Assembly: GCA_002269645.1 (NCBI GenBank)
Contig: NIVC01000807.1
Span: 248,001 to 312,000, forward strand
DNA from: Macrostomum lignano
Lineage: Eukaryota
Reading direction: 5' to 3'
Length of the DNA stretch: 64,000 bases
Positions within the stretch are counted from its first letter, which is position 1. Every line of letters starts with the position of its first letter. The notes under the pieces are model-generated. The model saw only the letters and a program-made list of their open reading frames with translations, ran no database searches and was not told the DNA's origin. Both the position numbers and the translations under genes were made by a program. Positions 42,801 to 54,851 of the stretch are shown one piece after another.

Positions 42801-45298
42801 AGAAAGCTTTCTGGTACTACCGTCTTTTCCAGGAGCTTGCATGAATTTGCACATTAAATTACACTTTGTTACGCTGCAAAGAAGTGCCAGTGTACTCCTA
42901 TTTTACACTGGCGTTGTTAACGTGAACGGAGCGCCTTCATCAGCTGAAACGGATTTCCTTGCACTGGAGTTGATCAACGGTCGCCCTAAAGTGTCAATAA
43001 ATTTGGGCGCAGGCACTTCTGAAGGAGGCCTTCATGCATCTACGACTGCTCCCGCTTTAAATGACGGAAAGTGGCACCGAATCGACATCTTTGTCAGGAA
43101 CCGGGTGGTTGTCTTGAAGGTGGATCGATGCCAGAATGCGTCTACTGGACTTGACGGAAATCCAGCGCCACCAGATCTGTCCAGCTGCCAGTCCTTTTGG
43201 ACAGTGTCTGGTAGTATGAGCAAGCTGAATGTTGGAAGCTTCCCCGTGTTTCTTGGGGGTCGATACAATATTCGAAGCGCCTCTCAATACCCCAATTCCT
43301 TGGCAAGGACCGGCTTCATCGGCGAGATAGCAAGAGTAAGGTTTAATTCCGTCCTGTATGATCTTTATGTAGGCCCACGGACTTGGTATTCAAGCTCAAC
43401 CAGCAGCTTTCCTCCAACTGCGTCCTCATGTCAATGGACTGACGGCACTCCTAAATGCGTGAACGGTTGGTGTTGGGGAGTAATTAATGGAGTGACGGCC
43501 AGTGGAGCTTGCGTGTGCTACAGTGGCTTCCGATTAGATAGTGATGGCAGGTGCACGATACCGTTGAGCATTGTCGAGTTGAAAACTAGCAGCTATCTAT
43601 TCTACAAAGTGAAGCCACCATTATTTAATGCGTACACAAAACAAGGTGTGAAAATTGACATTCAGTTCCGTACGCGCAGCACTTATGGCACTCTTCTTAT
43701 AGTCACTGGTAGCGACCCCTATCGGCCTGAGCATATGGAACTGGGAATCAGCGAATCTCGTCTCGTATATCGCCACAATCTTGGTGACTACGTCTTTAGG
43801 AGCCTGACGCTGCCTAATGCTAATGTTAGCGACGGTGCCTGGCACTGGGTGCAGATTATCCGACGCCTCGCCGATGTTGAGATAATTATGGATAAAGGAG
43901 AATTTTACAACTACGCGTACATGCTAGGAAACTACACTTCAGTCTACAACAACGTTATACTAGGGAATTTGGCTGCTGTTGGCGCCGTTGTTAGTTTCGA
44001 AGGTGGCTCCACTAAAATTGATCCGCCAGCTACCGATCTCAATGACACATGCATCAGTACAGTTAGAATCGATGAAGCCTTCTTTCCAGTACAGACATCC
44101 GAGAACTCTAATTCAGCCGCCATGGCAACGCTTGAATCTAGCATAAATGTAGTTGGTGGCTGCCCTCCTGGAGTAGCTTGCCCTGCCGGTGCCACGTGTC
44201 CGGCAACCATGGTCTGTCTGTCTGCTTGGCGGCCATTGAATCCACCAGTTTGTGGCTGTCCAGTTAACTACATCCTTTTTAATGGAAGATGCTATCTTGC
44301 TGGCCTGTGCCTGTACTCAAATCCATGCGTGCGTGGAACCTGTTCAATATCAGGCGGAGCGGCGACATGTACTTGCGACGCCGGCTGGCGAGGAGAGAAA
44401 TGCGATGAGTTTATATTTACAGTTGGTGGTGCCAGTCTTATCGTCATTCTTGTATTACTGGGATTGTTTATTTTACTACTTGGTGAGTTTTGCTTCTAGA
44501 AATCTGTAGCAATTTGTATTTGTTATTTATTTCATAAGGAATCAGAAGAGATAACTGTTCATTTATTCATACTTTAGTGGCCTTCCTGATCTGGTACTGC
44601 TGCTTCGCTGCTGGCAAAAGCGAACCACTTCTGATTGACGCTCCTTTCGAAAACGTTGTGGATTACAATGAGGAGGGTGGTGGTGAGTACATCTGATTCT
44701 TTTATCGCTTCTGTAAACACTTTTCTCAGTTTTGTCAGTGCTAAAGTACAAAGTTACATTCTCTAGGACAAGAGGACAAGCTGAACTTTGACATGGCTCA
44801 GCTGCGGGTTATGGTGACCGACACTACCATTGTGCAAGAGAAAACAACTAGTAAGTTGAGCTTGTTTTCATCAGTTGCTTAATTCGTTTAATTGGTTTGA
44901 TATTTATTCATCAATTCAATTTCCTATTGTTTAACAAAATTGTAGATCTTCAGTCCTCGCGCACTGATTTCATGTCGCTACTGCAGGGCCGGCTGGCCAT
45001 GGCCAACGCTGGCCCCGAGCCTTCACCTTTCGATGGCGTTCTTGATTACGAGTACGAGGGCCGCGGTGCCAAGGCGGACGATCTCGACTCCATCGTATCT
45101 GGGGATGACAACGCTACGCAGAATTTCGACTTCCTGCAATCGTGGGGCCCAAAGTTTGAGCGCGTCACGAACATCTACACGACGCTTCCAGACAACGCCG
45201 ATGACCTGCAGAGCGTTTCTGAGGTAGCCGGCCCGAGCTCTGCTGCTCGGAGCGGCTACACCGTGACTACAACTACCACGACAACCAAGCAGCTATAG
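32718..45298 (+). CDS. Large classical cadherin, invertebrate N-cadherin type, about 2963 aa; exons 32718-33597, 33678-33820, 34434-34738, 35835-36305, 36747-37009, 37097-37401, 37491-38124, 38237-38724, 38844-39039, 39154-39410, 39501-39665, 39942-41580, 41671-41782, 41991-44482, 44578-44682, 44767-44850, 44946-45298
   Basis: Signal peptide (HLFLLFVTILASGHLAVA) and furin site RVKR. Many EC repeats (DINDNRP, DVNDNAP, LDRE, LDYD), DADDWD motif, EGF-LamG-EGF-LamG-EGF, then a TM helix. p120 site ENVVDYNEEGGGQED and beta-catenin site DYEYEGRGAKADDLDSI...FDFLQSWGPKFERV. All 16 introns are GT-AG and phase-consistent (8892 nt). Confidence 0.93.
33827..33892. repeat. (TAT)n microsatellite
   Basis: About 22 units starting 6 nt after the cadherin exon-2 donor. 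Confidence 0.98.
34084..34367 (+). mobile_element. tRNA-derived SINE family A, copy 3 (cadherin intron 2)
   Basis: GGACTCACGACTGAAAGGTCGGGGGTTCGATTCTCGAC head and the shared body and 3' end. Confidence 0.87.
35360..35640. repeat. About 17-bp degenerate minisatellite (GATGCTTGCTATCTGGG)n in cadherin intron 3
   Basis: Directly visible. Confidence 0.85.
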
Positions 45299-48113
45299 GT
45301 TAAAGATGGAACGATGGTGCCGTGGTAAGGAGGGACTAAGGAGGCTGAAAAGTGTCAGGTAATCACGCTGTGATTTGTGACTAATACTAATGTAGTACAC
45401 AATAAATTTTGAAAGAATAAATGCTTTGAACGTTAAAGTAGCTACGTTCGGTTTCTTTTTAAAAGTTTTAGTGAGCCCTTTGATTAACTTTTTGTGTACC
45501 TATTTAAATCTGAGAGTAATTAACTACTCGTATTGTTTGCTGTGCCCAGAATATACTCCTAATATATGAGTACTATTTAATTTTAAGTGGATTTAACTGT
45601 ATTCAAATTTTTTACTCTCCTTGATTTTCTATTCCTGTTTGTTAAATTTTGTCGTGGACTCGTGTACAGGTTAGCTAAACCTACAGTTTGCTTCGTTAAA
45701 ATTGCCAAGTGACTTATTTTGAACTTTGTGCTAATTTCTCTTTTTGTAATTTAAGCTTTGAAATTTTTGAAAATTTTAAACAAAACAATTTTTGAACCCG
45801 TTTTAGCGTGCATACCCTTTCTTAGCACTGTTAATGACTGCACATTCATTCAGAGCTCAATTTGCGAGCATTATGACAAAAAGTGGAGAAGCGCGATTTT
45901 TTATCAAAGACTAAAGCCTGAAACAGGGTTTTAGATTGTTAAGACAGCTGGATTTTGTCATCGAATTACAAATACTAGCAATAATATAATAAAAGGTTTG
46001 AAGTTCATTTACAGCTTTAAAAATTGTGACAACGGAATGAGTTGCAGTCCTGGAAAAAGCAGAAATGATGATAATGATACATGATGCATGCGCGTTAACT
46101 TCTGAATGCTTCTTTTACTAGCCAGTAATATTTTAGTTTGCAAGTTTTAATACTAATTTAATTAGCCAGTTACTCACTTGAATGTGAAGACATGTGCGAC
46201 GACATGCGGCCGAGTCAAGTTTAGCTGGGCTTTTTGACTCTGTGTTGACCAAAAACGTTTTATGTACCTTACCACTAGTAGACCGATTGAATGACTCACG
46301 AGTAACAAAACCTATCCAATAAAAATGATCAAACTGAATTAGTTAAATTAAATTTGTGTGCCCAGTTTTTTTCCAAAAAAAACTTGCTGCCTTTTTGTTT
46401 TTTAAGGTAACATTCTTTAGACTTAAAGGCAAGGACTGTTTTCAAGGACTTCATACTGATGTTATATGCTAATCCAAATTACTTCAAGAGTAGTATTGCA
46501 CGCTCGTATTACGAGTACGAGTACTCATATTGCGAATTTCTATAATGTTTCTGATCAAGCCTCGGCAGTGGGCAAGCCTCAACTGGCTGAGAGGTATCCC
46601 AAACTTTGAAGGCTTGGCAAGGTGCACAGGGGTGTATTAAATACACACAGAACTTAAAGGCAAAATCCGATCTAAATTTTTTAATATATCGACGGTCCGG
46701 AGAACTGGCGACTTGATTCTTGTTTGAGAAAATGCGCGACAAAGAGTTAGCGCTACGTTAGCCTACGTTAACTTGATTTAACTTGAAACAATTGAATCAA
46801 GTTGCCATGGCAGTTATACAGCAGAACATGAACGTCAATGTTTTCAATGATTCAATTCTTCCTAAAGGTAGTATTTTTCCATAGGCTCTAATACGAGTAT
46901 ATATGCATTCAGTGCACCACTGTGCGCCAATCAGAACTGCATCATCTACTACGCGTGACCTAACCAAGCCTTAAAATTTCACCAGCACACCAACCATGTG
47001 TCCGTGTCCGCATCATCTGACTTTTGTGACCACACTGGCCTTCACCTGACCACACTATAGCCTTCTCCACCATGGCTTTGGCGTTGATCAAACATTCTAC
47101 GTGATTTGTTCGTGAGTTTGCCCTTCACGGACCAAATGCATTGGCAGGCGTACAGCATATTGTTGCGCCCGGGTGCACTTGATCTGATGAGCTATCTCTG
47201 GCTCTCAGTTAAGTGTGCCCGGCGCTGCACTGCCCCACCTTTCTCTCTCTCTCTGCGCCCCCTAAGCTGCTAACTTCTGAGCCCCACCCCATTTTCTCTG
47301 CCCTTGTAAGTTTTTACGCGCTAGCCCTGCGACCGCCTCACCCCATTCTGCTGTGATTGGCTGATCCGCTCCAAGCTGTCTGCACCCAACTTCCTGTACC
47401 CCAATTCCCTGCCTTCTGATTGGCTTTTGGTTTTTCGTTTAATTTTGGACCTGGCTTAAGCTCCTGGGTCATGAGACCCTAGGACTAAAAGTCAGTGAAC
47501 CCAAACATAAGGAGATGTGTGGGCAGCGGGCAGGGCTTTGAACTTCGCTCCTAACCTTAAAAAATTAGCTTTCAATCTGCACGCAATATTGCGGCGACCT
47601 CGCCCGTCAATTATACGAGTACAAGCATGCCATAGCGCTAACAGCCCCACAGCCTGCTGCCTACAACGTCGGTGCATTAGTGAGTCATTGCGCGTGTGTC
47701 CGCCTTGGTTTATTTCGAGGGTGAACCTGCATACTGTACGGGACAATCGAAAGGACGGACTGATCACGTCTCTCGAAGCGATCCCACGCTCAGATTCCGA
47801 AATCAGTCCGGTCAGGGCGACTACTGACGCCATCAAGTGCTCGTTGTTCTGAAGTTCTTGGGGAGAACTGGGAAGTATACGATCGATTAAACGGCCGTGT
47901 CACAACAATATCTTGTGTCGGTTTGCTTGTCACTAGTGCAAGATAAACTCACGGACATTGAAAAGCATCCACTCTGATCTAGTGAGCCATTTCTCTCCGA
48001 TCGCAACTACAAGGTACTCCAGTGGCATTCCTCGCGGGGAACGGTATTATTCAATTGCACACTATATATAGTCTGGGCTCTGAGGCTGCTTTCTTATTAG
48101 TGTAGTGTGAAAT

Positions 48114-49560
48114 CGCTGGAGAGGCTTCCGGCTCAATTAACCAGCTATTTCAACGATCAAAAAACCTGGCTTTTGCTCGGTATCAGTTTCGGCAGTGCAA
48201 ACAACAGCTGGGAGAGACCAGAGACAGCTAGCTGAAAGCATTCGCTGACACCTGCGGCTTTGGAGATATTCGAGATGCCATCATTCGTGATAGCAACGAA
48301 GCAATGTGGTTTACTCGTACAAGTGCCTCTAAATCTTGCAGCGGATCATGTCAGGAAAGCTCAGCGGCCTTCCAGGAGTCCGGTGGATCCATAATGATGT
48401 CATCTTATACGCGGACAGTATGCAACTGCACAATCAGCGCCTTGACGACGACTGTCTCACTAGACTTTCAGGGTGTGGACTCACTGTCAACCCGGAAAAA
48501 TTCAATTTCGCTAAAAGTTCGATCAGCTTCCTCGGCGTTAGATTATCGGCCAATGGCGATTCGGTGCCAGCTGAGAAAATTCAAGCAGTGCAGGATTTTC
48601 GACCGCCAACCAACGCATCCGAGATTCCTGGGACTGGCGAATTATTATCTGTCAAAGTTCATCCCAAGCTTCGCCGACCTGACAGCCTCACTTGCGCGAG
48701 CTAACCGAGATTTGGGGAATGGAATGGATGACTCAGCACACAGAAGCAATCGGATGGTACCATCGGGCCCGTCGCATACGCCAGTCGAGCTCTGATTCCA
48801 GTCGAGCAGCGCTACTCACAAATAGAATGCGAGGCTTTGGCTGTAAAATTCGATTGCATCAAGTTCACCTTCTACCTGGCTGGTGTAATACTTTTCTCCC
48901 TCTGTGGCTCCCTTGGTCCATATATTATATCACTATTATTGGCTGTTATGATAATAAATCGGTAGGCGACACGTTCGACTATTTCACTGTGATGTTAATC
49001 CTTCTATTTAGGTGTTATATTTCAGATCTGTGGTGGTAGCATACACGATTGAATAGATGGTGAGCAATCGGAAATTAAAGTACGAAGCAGTCACTTAACA
49101 GATTCCACGGGTGTCCCATTGTCCAAAGAAAACTAAGTCTTGTCGTTGTTTGGGAGCAATCGGAAAGTCAATCAATTCTGTTGTTTTGCTGGAGAGTGAG
49201 AAGGGAGTCAGGAGAAGAGAAAAGGAGGTCGGTGCCGCTTCGTACTTTAATGCAATAAATATACTGCGCGATGTTAGGCTTCTATTGGTAGCCTGCGTTT
49301 GGCAAATCAGCGGACGAATAGTAGTGCATAGGTGGGATTTTCACTCAAACGCAAATGGTGGAAATGGCTAAATTTCACTGGCAACTCAAATTTTACCGTC
49401 GTCACAGATCACAAGCCTCTGATCCCGCTTTTAAAGCCGCGTTCACGGCCGCCGCCAAGAATTGAGCAAATGGCGATCCGCATCCAACATCTTCAGTTCA
49501 AACTCGAATACCGGCCTGGCGCATCGAACCTGTCAGATCTTCTAAGCCGACAGCCGATGC
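48114..49560 (+). mobile_element. Decayed Ty3/Gypsy LTR retrotransposon (gag fragment joined to RT and RNase H fragments)
   Basis: Gag-like FARYQFRQCKQQLGET...CGFGDIRDAIIRD. RT-like QRIMSGKLSGLPGVRWIHNDVILY...GLTVNPEKFNFAKSSISFLG. RNase H-like AYASRAL..VEQRYSQIECEALAV and FTVVTDHKPL...LEYRPGASNLSDLLSR. Frameshifts and a degenerate active site. Confidence 0.9.
48884..49377. mobile_element. Solo LTR (494 bp) inserted into the Gypsy RNase H region
   Basis: TGTAATA...AATTTCA termini with 4-bp TSD CTGG (48880-48883 and 49378-49381). Removing it restores FYLAGNSNFTVVTDHKP. Confidence 0.85.
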
Positions 49561-51842
49561 CAACAGTAGATCTTGCGGCCGGCGGCAGAACAAGTCCGAA
49601 CTGCCGCACACCCGTTCAAACTGGAACCGTGGGGGGTCGAGTCCGTCAAAATCCGTCAAAAGAGTCCGCCGTGAAGCAGCGGCAGGCCAGTCGCCAGCCA
49701 GCCCGGGTCCCGCTGATGCAGACGGCGGCGAGTCAATCGCTACTTGCAGCCACCCAAGAAGAGCGCGAGACGCACTGATCAGCTACAAGCAGTGATTTAA
49801 AAGGAATTGACTGTCTTATTAATAACTGCCGCCGCTGGCAATCTTTTTTTGCGAATTCGTAGTCAATTCAATATTTTTTGTTTTAAACCCCAATTCCGAA
49901 TACTTTTTTTTCTGCCTGTCTAAAAAGTAATATTTGCGCATTTTTCAAAACTTCATGTTTCAATTCTGTCATCACTAGGCCGGAGTGTCACCAGTACCCT
50001 CGACTGTGACTGTGGTTGGCCTGGTGTTGTGCGGCAGCTAGGTCGGCCATGGCTACCTGCCGTTGCTGAAAAGGGCCGGTTGCACAGTTCCGACTTGCGT
50101 CGTGGGCTGGGCTCCGTGCCGGATTCCCTCTGCGTCTTCTTTGCCAGGATGCGTGACCACATCCTGTCCGCTTGCCACCTCGGGAAGGTGAGACACAATC
50201 GGCAAACACCAGTACCCTCGTCCTCACTGTGATCTTCATCGTCATCCTCAGGCTCGCCATCCAATACCTCCTCATTGTCATACGGCACTTTATTGTCGCC
50301 GAAGATCTGCCAGTGCTGCTGCTCGCCGTCAAGAGCTTCCTGATCGCCATCGTCGTCCTTCCGTGTGATCGTACTCATCCACACAGCGATTATAACCTTC
50401 ATCTGGGTAAGTGTCGGCAGACCCTACAAAAAGTGCATGTGTGAGTAGTGTAAGACAAGTAAGACAAGTAATCAGCGAGTGCATCAATTGTACCTTCGCC
50501 ATTGGCGTATGCACCTGCAGCACGGCTAACTTCTTCCAAGCCTTCTTCAGCCTCAGCATCGTGCAGCATTCCAGTGCCTTCGTCGGCCGCGATTGGGTCA
50601 TGACTGGCGTGATCAGCAGTAGCTTTAGTGGTTTGATCGTCGTAAACGTCTGCAACAGCGGATTACTCGAGCAGTCAGTGGACTGGTAAATCAGCGAAAA
50701 AAAGTTAGCTTAACTGATTCGACATTATTAACGACCATTCAGCACCTGCAGCAGTACGAGTATCAGGGACTGGAGCATTGCCCGTGACGTCATAACTGGC
50801 CCCACCGTTTCTGAAGTCACGTGTACCACTTGTGCGTGCACCGGAACGACTGCGACTACCTGACGCAGCCTTAAAGTAGGCATCTGAAGAAGCATGTTTC
50901 AGTGAAAAATTTAGTCCGTGTCAATCTCTACCTAGACACTAATTTTAGGAGCGTGACATCTTACCGGGATGTTCAGGTGGCCACGACTGCCAGGAAAAAA
51001 TTGGCACTCTGCCATGCGCATTTGGCGCCGGTACTTGGACTTGCGTTCCAGTTCCACATGAAGGCTTAGCCTGCTTGTCAGCGGGGCAACGTGACTTGAC
51101 TTGACTTGACCTCATTTGACCTTGACTGGCCTGAACTGACTTGAACCAACCTGACCTAGATTCATGTTCCCCTTTTCTTCTGTGCGACGGATCGACTAAA
51201 TTCACCAGTACACAATTTTCTACATGATTGTTGCCGAAATATATATATGTACTCGTACTAATTACTGAGTCACTAAAGTAGCTGCGGACCTGACTATGGT
51301 GATATTTGATGTGATGCTGAAAGGAATGAGAAAGTCGTCGGAATTTTCTTATTATTATCTTTTATTCTTATATTTATTTTCATTCAAGAGGAGGCGCGCA
51401 GTGGAGAGGAAGACTGGGCTAGAGGGAGAGAGGGGAAGAGAGAGTGGAGAGGGAGGGGGAAAGAGAGGGTGAATGTGAAGAAGGGGAGAGTGGAGAGGGG
51501 GACAACAGGAGATGGTAGAAGGACCCGTGAACAGTGCATAACAATTATCTAATCATCCATGCAGAGCTTCCTTGCTCCTTGACTCCCTCCACGTTTCCTT
51601 CCATTTCCTTCCGTTCCTTTCGGCTTCTTTGGGTAGCTCCTGCATCTCCGAGCCAGATCTTGTCCCGGTATGCTCGCAACGCGCTTTTCCCATCTTCTTA
51701 ATGACATCCTCCTGGGTCTACGGCAACCTCGATATGTGAATCAGATAAGTAGCCAGCGTATGCGCCCGTTTGCATGGGTTTGTTGAAAGGTCCTTCTTCT
51801 GTTGAAGAATGGCAGATGTTGCGGCCGGCTCCAGCATTCTCC

Positions 51843-52394
51843 TCATTGCTGAAGACAGCTGGGAGCGCAATCTTCTTGCAGCTTTCCGTCAACTAGAAGC
51901 TGAGCACAAGAAGCCGCAATATTGTCGGGAATCATGATATCGATCGAAGCATCAGTTGGCACGTTCAGGCTGGTATTCGCACCCTGAGTTACAGGTACTG
52001 CGCCGCAACTCAGTTCGATGACATTCACCTTAGTTGAGTTCAGTAGATCTTTGTGATAGACTGAAGCGGGCATCAATCCAGTGTCATTAGACTGACGACG
52101 ATCAGAACCAGCTGTTGCATGCAGAGAGTCTGTACCAACACGAGCCGCCTGGGATGCATCGGAGATGCTTACAACGTTTGGTTTGAAGGCGTTGCTGGCA
52201 ATCACTGTCTTGGCCTGTTCACTCAGCTGCTTCATTAAGTCTGATCTCAACTCGTCGATGTCACCCCGGGAAGCAAGACGATCCCCTTTCTCGGTTACTT
52301 CGCATACCAAGCGCCCCACTTCCTTCTCCAACTGCTCATCTCCCTTCCGACCGTCAGCCAAAGCCTCCTCTAGATGCAGGACTTGCTCCTGCAA
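51843..52394 (-). other. Coiled-coil ORF fragment, possibly a decayed retroelement ORF1 or gag
   Basis: Heptad-like QEQVLHLEEALADGRKGDEQLEKEVGRL...IDELRSDLMKQL within a TE-rich block. No diagnostic motif. Confidence 0.3.
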
Positions 52395-54352
52395 CTCACG
52401 AAGTTGACAACGCAGCTGCTTGGACTCTGTCTGACGGTATTAATCGTGTAAGTCGTTTCTTTTGGAGGTGGAGTTATCATATTGGTTGACAGAGTGACTA
52501 ACATACCAGTAAAATGAGGAGAATAATTATTCTCTGGTTCATTCCACGTATGTACATGTAAGCCGTAATGCATGGAAACGTGTGTATTATATAATACCCT
52601 GATAGCTGATACTCATGCGGTACGCGAGCATGCATGGGCATATTCGCATGCCATGCCCGCGCAAATCAGATAGAGTTTTTAATTTCCCTTTTTTCTTTAG
52701 GGACTTTAAACTAAATTTAAAGTTTCAAACAAATATTTCAATTAATTTCAAATTACCATAATTTCTCTTCCAGTACAAGCGATGCGATGTATAATACATT
52801 ATAAACTTTTGTTTGATCGAGTCAAAATCGACTACTTGGCTGTCGTCCTCTAAGCTATCCTGTCGTCGCTAGTCGTCACCGTGTCGTCGCTGCACCAAAT
52901 ATTTTCAATGGCGAGTTAGGCCTAATTGTATATGGAATGGAATGTGAACTTGAAACAGATTGCTTGTCTTTTAAATTTTGACAATGATGACGAATGACGT
53001 TAATAATGTTACGTCGTCAATGTTGTAGCAAGGACGAATTAAGTAGATATTCTATTTCTATTCTTAAATATCAGTAGTTATATTAAGTCTAGATTGTTCT
53101 TTTCTTTCAAACTATGCTGTAGGCCTAGGCCTATCTTTTTGTTTATTTTCCAACCAAAGGGTGTTTGATTCAAATAGATTTTTTATTGTGAATTAAAAAA
53201 TTGCATGTTATACTTGCTGCACTGTAGCGTGCGTGATAATTAATTATGCAGATCCCCGTCCCTATATCTATCTTGCAAATGTACTTATTAATAATGCTTT
53301 GCCCACAAATCTATCATTTGGGACCATAACCAAACCAAACCAGACTGCATAGCACAAGTATATTGCACATAATTCTATATATTGGCTTATTGCTTAGCCT
53401 GACTATAGTACAATTTTTGTATAAAAATTAGGCCTACTCTAGTCAAGGTGTCCAGCTATGATTCAATGTTTGGCCCATAGATCACAGACAGAAAAAACAT
53501 TATTTATACTCAAAACTATATAGTACGCCTATATATCTCCAAGCCAAGGCCAAATCATACTATAATTTGGAATTCTAGACAATTTACCAAAAATAGGTCT
53601 GCCAAAAGGTTGTCCTAAGAAAATAGTGTTATAAATAGTTGACAATAGATATCTAGGCCTACTGATTAATAATTCTATTCTTGACACTTTTAAATCCATT
53701 TGAAACCTTTAAGGCTTTAACACATTTTTTAACCAATTGGCAATCTATTATTTAAACCTTGCCTAGACCCCTTGTTAGAGCCTAATTTTTTTATTTTATA
53801 TAGACGTGGTTAATAGTTTCTAAGAATTTAACAGTTTGAATCTGTGCTAATAATTTGTTTTATCCTACAAAATATTCTGAAATAGGCCTACTCTAGATAT
53901 ATTCTTAATATTTGATGTTTGTTAAAAAATATACCTATTTGGATAGTATAAATAGGAGCAGGTTGGAGGGAGAAGCAACTTTAGTCTTGTGTTTTCACTA
54001 GCTTAATAGCTATAAGCTCAAAACGTGTTCTATTCTTAGATTATTGCTTATTTATTCTAAGAAGTATTATGAGGAAGCTTGGGAGTTGGGAATCGGGGAT
54101 TCATGCAAAGAGAATATTAAGAGTAATTGCCGTGACCCTCTAATCTCAGTAATACCTAGCCTAGACTGGAAAATAATATATCTAACTATCAATAAGATTG
54201 CTTAGGCCATATAATACTAAGAATGCTATTAAAACATTACTAAGGATGCTACTAGAATGATATCGAAATGCTACTAAGAATGCTACCAGAATTAGAAAAT
54301 AGGAAATAAAGCTTAGCATAGTGTAGGGATATTATTAAAGAAGAAGTCACCC

Positions 54353-54851
54353 CATAGTGTAGATCATGTAGTGCATGCAAGAATTTTCCCGCATGCATTT
54401 TCAAAAGTGGCATGCACCGGCGTGCGATTAGGTAAGTGGCATGCATTTGGCATGCATAATGCACACTACATAAATACACTGGCGTGCCTGGCATGCGCCG
54501 CGTGCCGCGTGCCTGGCACCTGATGTGGCAAAGCTGCCAATGCAATGGTAAGCAGACATAAAATATGTATTATTGTATTTAACTTTTGAAAAAAACTATT
54601 GTAAATAAATAGTGTATAAGACTATTAAATAAATTAATGTATGAGAAATATACATTTTTAAAGATATATCATTTCTTTTGTACATTGTTTGTTGCTTTGT
54701 TTATACAATGCAATTTAAAATACGTTTTTTGTCTTCAATTTGAATTTTAATTTATCGGCATGCATTGGCATGCATTCGCTTGTCGTCGGCGTGCTTTTGG
54801 GAATTAGCTTTGGGTCGTTTCTCGCGTGCACTTAGCATGATCCACACTATG
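54353..54851. mobile_element. MULE-like MITE rich in GCATGC motifs
   Basis: 16-bp TIR CATAGTGTAGATCATG / CATGATCCACACTATG (1 mismatch). 10-bp TSD GAAGTCACCC at 54343-54352 and 54852-54861. Confidence 0.85.

Noticed and set aside
47492-47836. Possible R2/RLE-type Zn-knuckle remnant on the minus strand
   Set aside because: Only a vague resemblance (RRCRQ...HACTRI..GRGRRN). Key Cys/His and RHN residues are not intact, so it cannot be supported without a search.
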